64,000 bases of DNA from Octopus vulgaris (GCA_951406725.2 OX597814.1:123008001-123072000); one strand, 5' to 3'; numbered from the stretch's first letter, positions 40,063 to 53,586 are shown. Notes: a model not told the origin generated them from the sequence alone. Numbers and translations: made by a program.

Positions 40063-40554
40063 ATGTCAGAGTGCTCCTTGCAAGTTAGCGTTTTTCCTTC
40101 CGCTTTCAATTGTTCAGAAGAATAAATACTTCGCACAATATCAAAATAGATCTGAGAGACAGAGGGGGACGAACCGGATAAGGCAGATGTGGGGGGGGAG
40201 ATGGGGGGAAGAAATGGAGGGGGAGAGAGATTAGGAATATTGTGGGTATTAAGATACGAGTGTATGTGAGGGCGGGATGGGGTTGAACGAGGCTAATGAG
40301 ATGGAAACAGGGTAAATGAAGAACTCTATAATAACATCCGACAGAATTAACCATTCTGGAACCAAATTACGGGATTTCTGACAAAGGAATGTTGTTTCTA
40401 TGTAATAAATTAGATTATTTTAGGATTCAGCATTGATCACGTGATTTTTCAAAGTTGTGGGTGTTCTTGCTGTTAGTGAGAGCGTTGTCGTTGTTGCTGT
40501 TGTTAGCAGCGTAGGTGTTGGGGCTGTAGATGTTGTAGTTGTTATTGTTGTTGT

Positions 40555-41065
40555 TGGTGGTGGTGGTGGTGGTGGTGGTGGTTGTGGTGGTGGTGGTTTA
40601 GTCCTTGGTATTGTGGTTGTTGGGGATGGTGATGGTAGTCGTCGTGGTGGTCGTCGTGGTCATGGTCGTCGTTGTGGTTGTCGTGGTAGTAGTGGAGGTG
40701 GTAGTCGTGGTGGTCGTGGTCATGGTCGTGTTCGTGGTCGTGGTGGTGGTCGTCGTTGTGGTTGTCGTGGTAGTAGTGGTGGTGGTAGTCGTGGTGGTCG
40801 TGTTCGTGGTCGTGGTGGTGGTCGTCGTTGTGGTTGTCGTGGTAGTAGTGGTGGTGGTAGTCGTGGTGGTCGTGGTCATGGTCGTGGTCGTGGTCGTGGT
40901 CGTGGCTGTCGTGGTGATGGTTGTCGTCGTCGTGGTCGTCGTTGTGGTGGTGGTAGTCGTCGTCGTCGAGTCGTGGTCGTAGTCGTGGTGATCGTGGTGG
41001 TCGTGGTAGTAGTGGTGATCGTCGTGGTCGTAGTGGTGGTGGCGGCGGCGACGGCGACGGCAGTA
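40555..41065. repeat. Compound (GGT/CGT/AGT)n trinucleotide tract with higher-order duplications
   Basis: GGTCGTCGTTGTGGTTGTCGTGGTAGTAGTGG recurs three times. Confidence 0.9.
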
Positions 41066-41564
41066 TTGTGACGTTGCTTTTGATATTGATGCCGGTTGTG
41101 TTGTTTATTGTTATTGCTATTGTCTTTTGTTATTGTTCTTGGTCCTACTCTTACCGTCGTTATTGCTGTTGCAGATATTGTTTGTATTTCGTCTGTCTTT
41201 ATGTTCTGAGTTCAAATTCCACCAAGGTCGACTTTGCCTTTCATCCTTTCGGGGTCGATAAATTAAGTACCAGTTACACACTGGGGTCGATGAAATTGGT
41301 TTAATCCGTTTGTCCTTGTTTGTTCCCTCTGTGTTTAGCCCCTTGTGGGTAATAAAGAAATAGATATTGTTTCTATTGATATTGCTACTCTCTACAAAAG
41401 AGACTGAATCAATAATTACCAGGCTTAAAAAAAAAAAGAAAAAGAAAAACTAGTACTCAATTTTAGTCAACTAAAATTTTTCAAGATGGTGCCCCAGCAT
41501 GGCCGCAGTCTAATGACTGAAACAAGTACAAGATAACAAAAAAGAAAGATAAAAGATTTATAAT

Positions 41565-41778
41565 CTTTTCTACTCTAGGCACAAGGCCTTACATTTTAGG
41601 GAAAGGGGCCAGTCGATTATATCGACCCCAGTACGCAACTGGTACTTAATTTATCGACTCCGAAAGGATAAAAGGCAAAGTCGACCTCGGCGGAATTTGA
41701 ACTCACAACGTAACGGCAGACGAAATACGGCTACGCATTTCGCCCGGCGTGCTAACATTTCTGCCAGCTCGCCGCCTT
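41565..41778 (-). mobile_element. SINE family B, full length; a partial plus-strand copy lies at 41180-41365
   Basis: CTTTTCTACTCTAGGCACAAGG..CTGCCAGCTCGCCGCCTT. Confidence 0.85.
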
Positions 41779-42459
41779 ATAAAAGATATATAATAGCGGC
41801 TGAAACAATATTGATTCCAAATGGTGATATTTATCCCCCCCACCCCCACCCGTTCAAATGGATAGTGTTTTACATTACAGAATGCCGCGTAATTTACTGT
41901 GACAGAACCTCCCATATGGTACGCGGTGCATAAAAGCACTCGTGTTTATAACGCTGACGGGAGACAATCGCCTGCGACCGCTGCCGGAACAGCCATATCA
42001 CGTGATTTCAGCCTTCCTAAGAATGTCCTTGGTCATAGGTTTACTCTATCAGGTTCAGCATGGTGTTAAACGACAAGGAAACGAACAAAATTGACCTCAG
42101 CGGATTTGAAACCAATCTTCACAATATCAGTATTTCTATGAAGATTGTTGTCTGTAAGAACACGTCTATACAAGTGGCATCAGATTGCAATTCGTTGCCA
42201 CCACATGACAAACAATGAGATTCTCGAGAAATGCATAGAAGTTGCTTAATCTTATTTCCTTCTCATAATTAAACGTGTGTTTATACAGTAGTGACAAAAT
42301 AATTTAATGTCGTCTACCGATAAGATAACAGATTATCAGACATCCATATCAGAGATTAATGAATTTGAATACTTTTTGAAGCAGTCGCACATTCTTTTGC
42401 TTAAGCTTGTGATATTTACACGCGTGTATGTGCATGCGCACACGTATATGCGTGTGAGC

Positions 42460-42522
<63 letters not shown>

Positions 42523-42523
<1 letters not shown>

Positions 42524-42746
42524 GTAGTCTGATCAATAAGTATCCGGGCTGTTGCTATAGTAACGAAGCTAAAGCATATAGAGTGAAGCCGCTTGGCAAA
42601 GATTAACCTTGAATTCTGCTATGTATGCGCACTAAGTTTTAGCGTTCTAGCCCACTTCCGCTGTTTACAGCAGTGCTTAGAAGGGAGGTGTGTAGCGTGT
42701 GATCGTCGCATTGACCATGACAAAGAAAGTTGAGCGGAGAATCTGC
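42523..42746 (+). mobile_element. 5' end of a mariner-like element, truncated by a SINE A tail
   Basis: TA|CGTAGTCTGATCAATAAGTATCCGG TIR-like start; MTKKVERRIC resembles mariner N-terminal EQRICIKF. Confidence 0.55.
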
Positions 42747-42787
42747 ATGGCCGCAGTCAAATGACTGAAACAAGTAAAAGAATAAAA

Positions 42788-42855
<68 letters not shown>

Positions 42856-43025
42856 TGCGATCATGCTGGAGCACCGCCTTTAGTCGATCAAATCGACCCC
42901 AGGACTTATTCTTTGTAAGCCTAGTACTTATTCTATCGGTTTCCTTTTACCGAATCGCTAAGTGACGGGGACGTGAACATACCAGCATCGGTTGTCAAGC
43001 GATGCTGGAGGAACAAGCACAGGCA
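42746..43025. mobile_element. Rearranged SINE family A pieces (plus tail, (TA)n, minus 3' body)
   Basis: CATGGCCGCAGTC..GTAAAAGA at 42746-42790 and GACTGCGATCATGCTGGAGC from 42853. Confidence 0.75.
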
Positions 43026-44159
43026 CATGATTATGTTGTCTCAGGTGTTTTTCTTTTTCAATATGACAGATATCGTTGCTTTTGCTGGCAGGTCGAGCTA
43101 CCTCATAGAAACTCTCTTGGTCGCATGCTTCAATTTGTAAGCCATATTAGCAACATAATAAAACTGAAGGATGTTTTGTCTATCATTGCTGAAATGTTAT
43201 TTCTTCCGATTGACCTAGCCTTTCATCCTAGCCTTTCATCCTAATATAAATACCAGCTGAACACGGGAATCGATGTTATAGACTAACCCCTCACTTTAAA
43301 ACTACAGGCCTTGTGTCACAATTTGAAACGATTACGTGAGACCATTATCAATGACATCTAAATGTTGTACAATATGAGGTCCAGTATTGTTATTGTTATA
43401 CTAGATATCATTACTTTGTTATTTTTGTTGTTGTTACTTTTGTTACAGTTATTGCAATTTTGCTATTGTTATTATTATTGGCGAGGTTATAAGCATGGTT
43501 GTTGTACTTATTGGTGTTTATGCTGTCTATGTAGTTGTTGTTGTTGAGGCAGATGCAGCTGTTGCTACAGTTACAGTTGTTGTTGTTGCTGCTGCTGTTA
43601 CTCTTGAAGTTATAATTGTTGTTACTGTTATGGCAGCCATATCCAGAGGTTGTTCTTTTTTTTTCTTCTTAGATTGGACAGCCAGACACAAAAAGATTGA
43701 TTGCTCCCAGCTGCCACATATTCTGCTCAATCAAGGAAGCTGAACTATGTGCTACAGAACAATCGTTACTACTATTACTACAAAATACTACTACTACTGC
43801 TGCTGCTACGAGTACACGACCTTCATCAGGCAAAATTTTCCTGTAAGCGCCATAAAATTTCACTTTTGACTTCTTAATAAGGAACTAAGTTCATTTATCT
43901 ATATCAACAGAATGAGATTAAGTGACTTCCGTACAATGCGAGAGAATTTTATTGCTATAGATGAGATGTAAGGGAATACCATTCTAATAGCGCCAGTGCA
44001 GAAATATTTTGCAATCTTCGTTTCGTATCCTTGAACAATTCACAGCCACACCAATTTTTGATTCCTTTCAACCTTCCAAGCCCAGTAAAAGAAGCCTTTC
44101 ATAAGGCGGGAATTCAAGTTGTTTCCCTGATTATACTGATATCTTTTGTGTTTATATTT

Positions 44160-44343
44160 TTTCTTGTTTCAGTCGTTGGAGTGTAGCCATGCTGGAGCAC
44201 TGCTTTAAACAGTCTTTGATAACCAAATCGATCCTAGTACTTATATTATCTCATTTTATCAATCTCTATTCCCGAACCGCTAGCTTACGTAAGTAAACCT
44301 ACACCGTTTGTTAAGCGGTTTGGGGAACAAACGCACACATAAA

Positions 44344-44390
<47 letters not shown>

Positions 44391-44950
44391 CATATATACA
44401 TATATACATATATAATATATAATATATATATTATATATACAAGTGAAGGCGCATGGCTCAGTGGTTAGAGCGTCGAGCTTACGTTCCTGAGGTTGTGAGT
44501 TTGATTCCCGGACCGGGCTGCGTGTTGTGTTCTTGAGCAAGACACTTTATTGCTCCAGTTCACTCAGCTGTAGAAATGAGTTGCAACATCATTGGTGCCA
44601 AGCTGTATCAGCCTTTGCCTTTCCCTTGGATGACATCAGTGATATGGAGAGGGGAGAGTGGTATGCATGGGCAGCTGCTGGCCTTCCACAAACAACTTTG
44701 CCCGGACTTGTGCCTCGGAGGGTAACTTTCTAGGTGCAAATCCCATGGTCATTCATGACCGAAGGGAGTCTCCTCCATTATATATACACACACACACATG
44801 ACAGGCTTCCACACAATTCCATCTACCAAATTTACTGACAAGGCATTGGTCAGGATCGTTAAAAGACATTTTACCTAAAGTGCCGCACAGTGGGACTGAA
44901 CACCAAACCACGTGGTTGCTAAGTGAGCTTCTTAACCGCGCAGCCACTCA
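44160..44950 (-). mobile_element. Old SINE family A split by a SINE C in its internal (TA)n
   Basis: 3' half 44160-44340, 5' half 44790-44950. Confidence 0.7.
44444..44775 (+). mobile_element. SINE family C variant
   Basis: GAAGGCGCATGGCTCAGTGGTTAGAGCG..GAGTTTGATTCCC..TTCTTGAGCAAGACACTT. Confidence 0.8.
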
Positions 44951-45126
44951 TGAAAATGATTTATTTCGGCAGTTTTACAGTATTGCATTTTCGGTGTTGT
45001 GAGTTTAAATTTAAGACGAACCTGCTTTCACTTTCAGTACTCAGTAAAACGGAGCCCCACTCAACCAAGCTATCCTCACAGCTACGAATGTGTAGCTTTT
45101 TGTCAATGTTTTTATGTTGTTTTTTA

Positions 45127-45459
45127 TTGGGTTGGTGCACAATTACTGCGGCTTTTTTTTTTCAACAAAAACAATAACAATATTTGACAAAAACATCTTT
45201 AAATGGCGGTCTGACCGTCTGCCAAGCAAATGGAAAGCAGTAATTGAAGTAATTGAAGTAGATTCAACAAAAACAATAACAACATGTAACAAAAACATCG
45301 TTAAATGATTATTCTGGAGCATATTCACCATCTTCTTCAATTACTGCTTCCCATTTGCTTGGCAGAAGGTCAGACCGTCATTTAAAGATGTTTTTGTTAA
45401 ATATTGTTTTTGTTAAAATTTGTTGAAAAAAAAGCCGCAATAATTATGCACCAACCCAA
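45127..45459. mobile_element. Mariner-derived fold-back MITE made of two 3' ends
   Basis: TA|TTGGGTTGGTGCAC..TGCACCAACCCAA|TA; arms carry the transposase C-terminal DRLPSKW.AVIE segment in opposite orientations. Confidence 0.85.
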
Positions 45460-45481
45460 TAGCATTATATCGGAAGCGCCA

Positions 45482-45680
45482 GGGCAGCGAGCTGGAAGAA
45501 TCGTCAGCAATTCGGACAACATTCTTAGCGGTATTTCTTCTTTTACGTTCTGAGTTCAAATTCCGCTAAGGTCGACTTTAATTTCATCCTTTCAGGGTCA
45601 ATAAAATAAATACCAGTCAAATGCAAGCCCCAACCTAACAAAAAAAAATTAGACCTTGTGCCTTTTGTTGAAAGAAGTAT
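45482..45680 (+). mobile_element. SINE family B, diverged
   Basis: GGCAGCGAGCTGGAAGAATCG..GAGTTCAAATTCCGC. Confidence 0.7.
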
Positions 45681-46042
45681 ATGGAAAGAGAGATAATCTT
45701 TTATTGAATGTCTACATGTCCTTATAACAGATAAAGAAAAGTTAGTGGGAGATGAACAGAAAGCATTGCAAGGGACTTAGTGGAAACAAATTCCTTACTG
45801 AAACCGCCGATGCAGAAATCTTTTGCAATTTTCAATTTGTTTACATCAACTAGTTTCATCCTTTTCATACATCCCCAGCCGACAAACAGACACATCAAAC
45901 ACCTTTCAGCTATTTCTCACCTCCAAACTCAGCTCCTACCAAACCATCAGCATCGTAAATACTACTCACTGCCCCACCACCACCACCATCACCACATTCG
46001 CAACCGTATGGCTACCCGTTGGAGCTCCGTCAGTTCTATGCT

Positions 46043-46417
46043 CTCTTTTACTCCCTTACTCTTTTACTTGTTTCAGTCATTTGATTGCGGCCATGCTGGA
46101 GCACCGCCTTTAGTCGAGCAAATCGAGCCCGTCTCTTTGGCCGAACCGCTAAGTTACGGGGACGTGAACACACCAGCATTGGTTGTCAAGCAATGTTGGG
46201 ACAGACACAAACACACACACACATATATATAGATATATACATATTCATATATACGACGGGCTTCTTTCTGTTTCCGTCAACCAAATCCAATCACAAGGCT
46301 TTGGTCAGCCCGAGACTATAGTAGAAGACACTTGCCCAAGGTGCCACGCAGTGGGACTGAACCCGGAACCATGTGGTTGGTAAGCAAGCTACTTACCACA
46401 CAGCCACTCCTGCGCCT
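46043..46417 (-). mobile_element. SINE family A with internal deletion
   Basis: Head CCACTCCTGCGCCT at ~46417, tail TACTCTTT repeats at ~46050. Confidence 0.9.
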
Positions 46418-46827
46418 ATGCTCATTAACCTTTGCAGAACATGTGAGTCATCCCTAAACTAACAGACACAACTACGTTAAAGACTGAAGCTATAGTCTCC
46501 GGCATCTCCTTTCACATCCTACACCCAAGTAAGAGACGTCCTGGCACAGCCATTTTGGCGCCGCCTATTTTGCACCGCTGATCCAATTCTGGAGTATTTA
46601 ACATCAGTTGTTTTAAAGTTTGTTTTTAACGTTTCTCTCGTTCTCTCTTTCCCTCTTTCTTTCCCCTCTCTCTCTATTCCTCTCCTTTTCTTTTCGTCTC
46701 ACTCTATTTCTCTCCATTTTCCTTTCCCTCTTTCTCCCCCTCTGTTTACGGGTGTGAGTATATTTCTATATGTGTGTAAGGAGAGGAAAAGTGCTCATGT
46801 AACTTATCTTCCATTAATAAATTTTAA

Positions 46828-46863
<36 letters not shown>

Positions 46864-46894
<31 letters not shown>

Positions 46895-47724
46895 GTAATG
46901 ATGATGACGATGATGATGACGACAGCGGCGTCGACGGCGATGATAATGATGATGATGATGAGGAGGAGGAGGAGGAAGATGACAACGACGACGATGACGA
47001 CATTGATGATGATGATGATGATGATGATGACGACGATGACGACGGCGATGATGGTGATGATGATGATGATGACGACGACGATGACGACAGCGATGATGAT
47101 GATGACGACGGCGATGATGATGATGACGACGATGACGATGATGATGATGATGACGATGACGATTACGACGACGACGACGACGACGATGATTAAGAAGAGG
47201 TGGAGAAAGATGGCGTTATGGTAACGATGACGACGACGACAACAGTGACAATAATATCGTGATTTAAATACAGTACTTCAATTTTCAGATATTTGGATAT
47301 TTCTCCAAAATTCATTGCAGTCTAAAATTTTGCTATTTGAATTATCTATTTGATTAATTTCGTTCACAATTATTATTTCATACATAAAGTTATTTATTTA
47401 CGCCGTCAATATTAATTTAATTAACAGCAATCTAGTTATTAATTATCAACAGTCATACAGACGCACGTCACACATATTGCAAAATAGAGCAAGCAACAGT
47501 TTTAAATTTTCATTCTTTACAATTGCTTTTTGGAAACAATGTAACGTGCGCTTAACTATATACGTGCCCTTGTGCGCGCTAATTAATAGCCATATACATA
47601 CGTACGTACATGTATACATACATACATATATACATACACATATACATACATACATATACATACATGCATATATACATACATATATACATACATACATAAA
47701 TACATACATACATACATACATATA

Positions 47725-47756
<32 letters not shown>

Positions 47757-48205
47757 CACATACAGAGGTATGAACGTACGTACATACGTACCTACATACA
47801 TATATACATACATACATACATACATACATACATACATGCATAGATATGAACGTACGTACGTATATACATACATACATATATATTCATAATACATACATAT
47901 ATACATAGATACGAACGTACATACGTACATACATACAGACAAACATTCATACATTCATACAGACATACACATATACATAGGTACGAACGTACGTACGTAC
48001 ATACATACATACATACATACATTCATACATACACACATACATTCATACATGCAAACATTCATACATACATACATACATACATACATACATACATACATAC
48101 ATACATACATACATACATACATACATACATACATGCATACATACATACATAGGTACGAAGGTACGTACGTACATACATACATATATACATTCATACATAC
48201 ATATA
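46864..48205. repeat. (GAT/GAC)n tract 46864-47240 and long degenerate (TACA)n tract 47592-48205
   Basis: Direct reading. Confidence 0.9.
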
Positions 48206-48547
48206 CGTACACATATTTCTGTGCGACTGTGTATGTGTGCACTTGTAGTAATTAACTAAAATTGTAAACAATTAAGAACTTTATAATATAAATTAAGTAT
48301 AATTATTTAGGTTTTGTCTTTGTTTTGCAGGATTTTCGGCGAGTAATTGTGTGCTTAAACATGACTGTTTGTACCATGGGTGGGTCACTTTGGCAATAAA
48401 TTAGTTAAATTGTTAATTAATATAAATAAAAGAAACCTATTATATATATAGCCAGTGCATGTGTATTTATTGACAAAATGGATCCTCCAAAAGACATTAC
48501 AGGTTTGTGTGTATATACATAAATATATATGTATGCATGTATGTATG

Positions 48548-48606
<59 letters not shown>

Positions 48607-48747
48607 CATACACACACACATACACACATATATGTTTGTAAGTATGCGGGTATATATCTAGACAGAGAGAGAGAGAGAAGGATAGATAGATAGACAGATA
48701 GACAGATAGACAGATAGACAGACAGGCAGACAGGCAGACAGACAGAC

Positions 48748-48832
<85 letters not shown>

Positions 48833-49938
48833 TGTTTCTTTATTAGCTACACAGGGCTGCACACAGACGGGACAAATTACAAGGTAGAGCTTTTCTTTTG
48901 GGGGATAAAAAAGGGGGTTTGGTTTTCGATCAAAAGGGATCGTAAAAGGAAAGAAAGAAGAAAGCAAAATAGAAAAAAAAGGGCGGGGGATAAAAATAAA
49001 AGGAAAAAGAAAAAATCGATCAATAGGGATCGTTATCACAGAAATGTCAATATAAAGTGTAAAGGGAGTGGACAGTTTAGGTTTACCCGTGGAAAGAAAA
49101 GCCTACGGAAAAGACCACGGTAACCTCGGTCAATGAAGTCACATGTTATATATATATATATATTTTTTTTTTTTACAAATAAGCAACTCTCTGTATTAAT
49201 TTTTACGGTTCATAGGATCATAGTCAAGATGGTTTCGTCATTCATACGTGCCATCCTTGCCACATTCACCCATCTTTTTTTTAAACATTCGCTAGACAAA
49301 ACTTGCCTCTCTAATCTCACTTTCCTTTTCAAGTGATACTTGAAGAAGTTGATGAGAGATTGACCAGAGAGGAAAGTGTTTGTCTCTAATCCTTTCAGGT
49401 GCGTCCACCAGTTACATTCTTTCGCCATAGCCACAAGGATGATAAAAATAGCTCTTCCTTCCCGTTTGAAGGAAGGAGGCGTGACGATATTAACGATAGA
49501 CTCGGCTGATAAACCGACACGTCCCACACGTGACAGCAGTCGTTCGATATAAGCCCACAGGTCGGAGATTGTCGCTCTGACCGCATCTCGGGCAGGTCGG
49601 CCCCGTGTTTCTCGAGCCATGCCTATAGAGCTTATCCCGAACGGGTAGCGCTCCTCGGTAGCACTGCCAGGCCAGGGATCTCTGGAAGTTGTCCATGGGT
49701 CTCGGCCCGAAAGTCGTCTCAAACAGGCGGGTCAGGTATTCCTCGTCGACGCCCAGGTTCGCCCCAAGATCGTCATCGTACCTCCCTCCCACTAATCCCC
49801 TTTAGAATGCTTGGGTTGTGTTGAAGTCACTCAAGGTCGACCCGGGACGGCATAGTTGCTTGAGAGCAACGCGACACTCGCGGTGCTATTCGCCCTTCCT
49901 CGGCCTCTTTTTGATCCACGACTGCAGTTCTGCCATGG
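48833..49938 (-). mobile_element. 5'-truncated L1/Tx1-like LINE in a (GATA)n tract
   Basis: DNFQRSLAWQCYRGALPVRDKL..TCPRCGQSD zinc-binding C-terminal region, pyrimidine-rich 3' UTR, AATAAA then (TATC)n; (GATA)n on both sides. Confidence 0.85.
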
Positions 49939-49944
49939 AGATAA

Positions 49945-50024
<80 letters not shown>

Positions 50025-50038
50025 GCAGGCAGGCAGAC

Positions 50039-50114
<76 letters not shown>

Positions 50115-50395
50115 TATGTTATGTGTAAGGCGGTGATCGAGCAGAATTGTTACTGTGCCGGTAAAAATGCCTAGTGACATTTCTTCCGACTTAGCATTCT
50201 TAGTTCAAATTAACTTTGTTTATATTTCACTCTCAAAGGTAAATATACTTCGCTGATGAAGTTATAATGCGAGATAAACGTGTCCGTAATTGTCTCCTGC
50301 CTTTGCAAAAAAAATAATAATAAAAGAAGGAAAATAAAATATTAGCCATCGATTAATATTGTTTTTGCCTTCAGACATAACTATTGTTTGTAAGG

Positions 50396-50719
50396 TGAAA
50401 GCGCGTGGCTTAGTGGTTAGGGCAATCGGCTCACGATTGTAAGGTCGTGAGTTCAATTCCCGGCGACGCGTTGTGTCCTTGAGCAAGACACTTTTTTTCA
50501 CGTTGCTCCAGTCCACTCAGCTGGCAAAAATTAGTTGTACTTGTATTTCAAAGGGCCGGCCTTGTCACACTCTGTGTCACGCTGAATCTCCCTGAGAATT
50601 ACGTTAGGGGTACACGCTTCTGTGGATTGCTCAGTCACTTGCACGTTAATTTCACGAGCAAGCTGTTCCGTTGATCGCATCAGCTGGGACCCTCGTCGTC
50701 GTTACCGACGGAGTGCTCC
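50396..50719 (+). mobile_element. SINE family C
   Basis: GCGCGTGGCTTAGTGGTTAG..GAGTTCAATTCC..GTCCTTGAGCAAGACAC. Confidence 0.85.
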
Positions 50720-50773
50720 TTTAATTGTTTGTAAGATACTTAATGCTGCTTTTGTGAAATTAACGTGCAAGTG

Positions 50774-51065
50774 GCTGAGCACTCCACAGACACGAGTACC
50801 CTTAACGTAGTTCTCGGGGAGATTCAGCGTGACACAGAGAGTGGCAATGCTGGCCCTTTGAAATACAGGTACAACAAGAAGAAAGAGTGAGAGGAAGTTG
50901 TGGCGAAAGAGTACAGCAGGGTTCTCCACCAACCCCTGCCGGAGCCTCGTGGAGTTCTAGGTGTTTTCGTTCAATAAACAATTACAACGCCCGGTTAGGG
51001 AATCAAAACCGCGATCCTACGACCGCGAACTCGCTGCGCTAACCATTGTGCCATTGCGCCTCCAC
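50774..51065 (-). mobile_element. SINE family C, tail-to-tail with the previous copy
   Basis: Matches 28151-28533. Confidence 0.85.
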
Positions 51066-51330
51066 CAAGTTAATATTAAATCTATTTACAAACTTCATTC
51101 AAATAGATGAATTCCATGAGTAGCTTATTATTGAAAATTTTAGCTATTTTATGTAAATATTCTCTTAATTCTTTTCTAATTTACGTCACCATGGAAATAT
51201 AGATCATTATGTAGTAATTAAAAATGGTACGTTGAAACACACACACACACTCACATCCATGTGCATTTAAGTACATACGCATATACAGACACAAACGCAT
51301 GCGCACAGTGCCGCTGGCATTCTTACACAT

Positions 51331-52241
51331 AGGCGCAGGTGTGGCTGTGTAGTAAGTAGCTTGATGTTTATAATGTTTATAGTATAATGTTTAATGTATA
51401 ATGTTTAATGTTTATAATGTTTAGTGTATAATGTTTATTATGTTTATTGCATGTTATTGTGTTTAAGAGGCTTAACGCCCCAATTCTTAAATGGACTACT
51501 CGTCCAAAAATTGTGAAACTGAAATAAGAGATTCATTACTTCGTTTTGTCTGTTTCTGTGAAAAAAAGAAAAGAATAATGTTTTAGAGAAGCAAAAAATC
51601 GGTGGGCTTTTTTTGGCTTCTCCCATTAATATCATCTTTTTTCATCATTCATCTGATTAATGTTTCTGTCCAGCCCACAAGCGACTTTTTTTTAATACCG
51701 TCATGGCAAATTTGATGAAATAAAGTAGCTTGCCTACCAACCACATACTTCCGGTTTCAGTCCCACTGAATAATGACAAGAGTTTGAAAAGCCTCAGTGT
51801 TATAATGTTTATTATGATTATTGCATGTTGTTGTATTTCATAGGCTTAACGCCCCAATTCTTAAATGGACTATTCGTCCAAAAATTGTGAAACTGAAGTA
51901 AGAGGTTCATTACCTCGTTTTGTCTTTTTCTGTGGAAAAAAAAAAGAGAATAATGTTTTAGAGAAGCAAAGAATCGGCGGGCTTTTTTTTTTGTCTTCTC
52001 CCATTAATATCATCCTTATCATCATTCACCTCATCAATGTCTTTGTCCAGCCCGCAAGCTACTCTGTATCGTGCCTTTATGGCAAACTTTTTGAAATAAA
52101 GTAGCTTGCTTACCAACAACATGGTTCCAGATTCAGTCCCACTGCGCGGCACCTTGGGCAATTGTCTTCCATTATAGCCTCGGGCCAGTTAGTGAATTTG
52201 GTAGACGGAAACTGAAAGAAGCCCGTCGTGTGTGTGTATGT

Positions 52242-52282
<41 letters not shown>

Positions 52283-52422
52283 TGTGTCTGTGTCTGTGTG
52301 TCTGTGTTTGTCCCCCTACCATCGCTTGATAACTGATAGTGTGTTTACGTCCCCGTAACTTAGCGGTTCGGCAAAAGAGACCGATAACATAAGTACAAGG
52401 CTTACAAAGACTAAGTCCTGGT
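51331..52422 (+). mobile_element. SINE family A with two related ~330-360 bp inserts in its head
   Basis: AAGTAGCTTG at 51354, 51723 and 52099; inserts 51364-51722 and 51769-52098 share GGCTTAACGCCCCAATTCTTAAATGGACTA. Confidence 0.8.
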
Positions 52423-52669
52423 GGGGATCTCACGAAGCTCCAAAAAAAAAAAGAAAAAAGAAAACCCGTTAGAAAACCGATTATAGCAGCGACTCCATCT
52501 AAGAATATCTGAAGAAGGAATTTTATTCCGAAATATCATATCAGACTATAGATGACTAAATTACAACAGGTATATAGCGCATTGTTTGTATTATAGTGCA
52601 TTGTTGTACCATTCAAAACTTTTTATTCTTTTCAAACAATACACAATGCTTCAAGCGAACTACAATATA

Positions 52670-52729
<60 letters not shown>

Positions 52730-52737
52730 TATAGAAG

Positions 52738-52790
52738 GAGCTTCTACAGGACTAGAACTGTTTCATTCAAGAGAAATCTTCAGGAAGCTC
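52738..52790 (-). ncRNA. Type I hammerhead ribozyme making up most of a 70-bp island in (TA)n
   Basis: GAGCTTC-CTGAAGA-T-TTC-tctt-GAA-T-GAAA-CAG-ttctagtc-CTG-TA-GAAGCTC; 7-bp stem I, true stem III. Confidence 0.8.
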
Positions 52791-52870
<80 letters not shown>

Positions 52871-52888
52871 TATACAATATATATATAT

Positions 52889-53084
<196 letters not shown>

Positions 53085-53586
53085 TACAGGAAACTTATAC
53101 AGCATTCTGCTTAAATAATGGAACTGCAGATACAATACCCTTACATATCTCACGTCTGTTTTCATTCCTCCACTTTACTCTGTATTTCATATCTTCTCTA
53201 TAATAACTATTACTTAAGCATTTTCTCGCACCGTCTCGGAAACAGCTGTATGAACCTTCTCTTTTATAAATGGTCTGAAAACTATTCACACCCTTGTATT
53301 TTTTATCTCATTCTGGCAATTTATATATATATAATAGAAACAGGTTTCAAAGAAAAAAGATTACACGTGGTATAAATAGAGGAAAAGTAAAAAGAAATAA
53401 AGAAAATGTACATTAGGTAGAAATGTAATGGCTTTTTATATAAAAACAAAGATATATACATACAAATAAATGATTTGAGGTGGAATTAACAAGTATATGT
53501 CTTTGTTTTTATAAAAAAAAAGCCATTAACTTTATACCTAATGCGCTGTTACTTTGCTTCTTTTTACTTTTCTCCTATATATCTAT

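Noticed and set aside
40457-41071. Gly/Arg-rich or Thr-rich mucin-like CDS
   Set aside because: Compound trinucleotide repeat open in several frames; no splice or domain support
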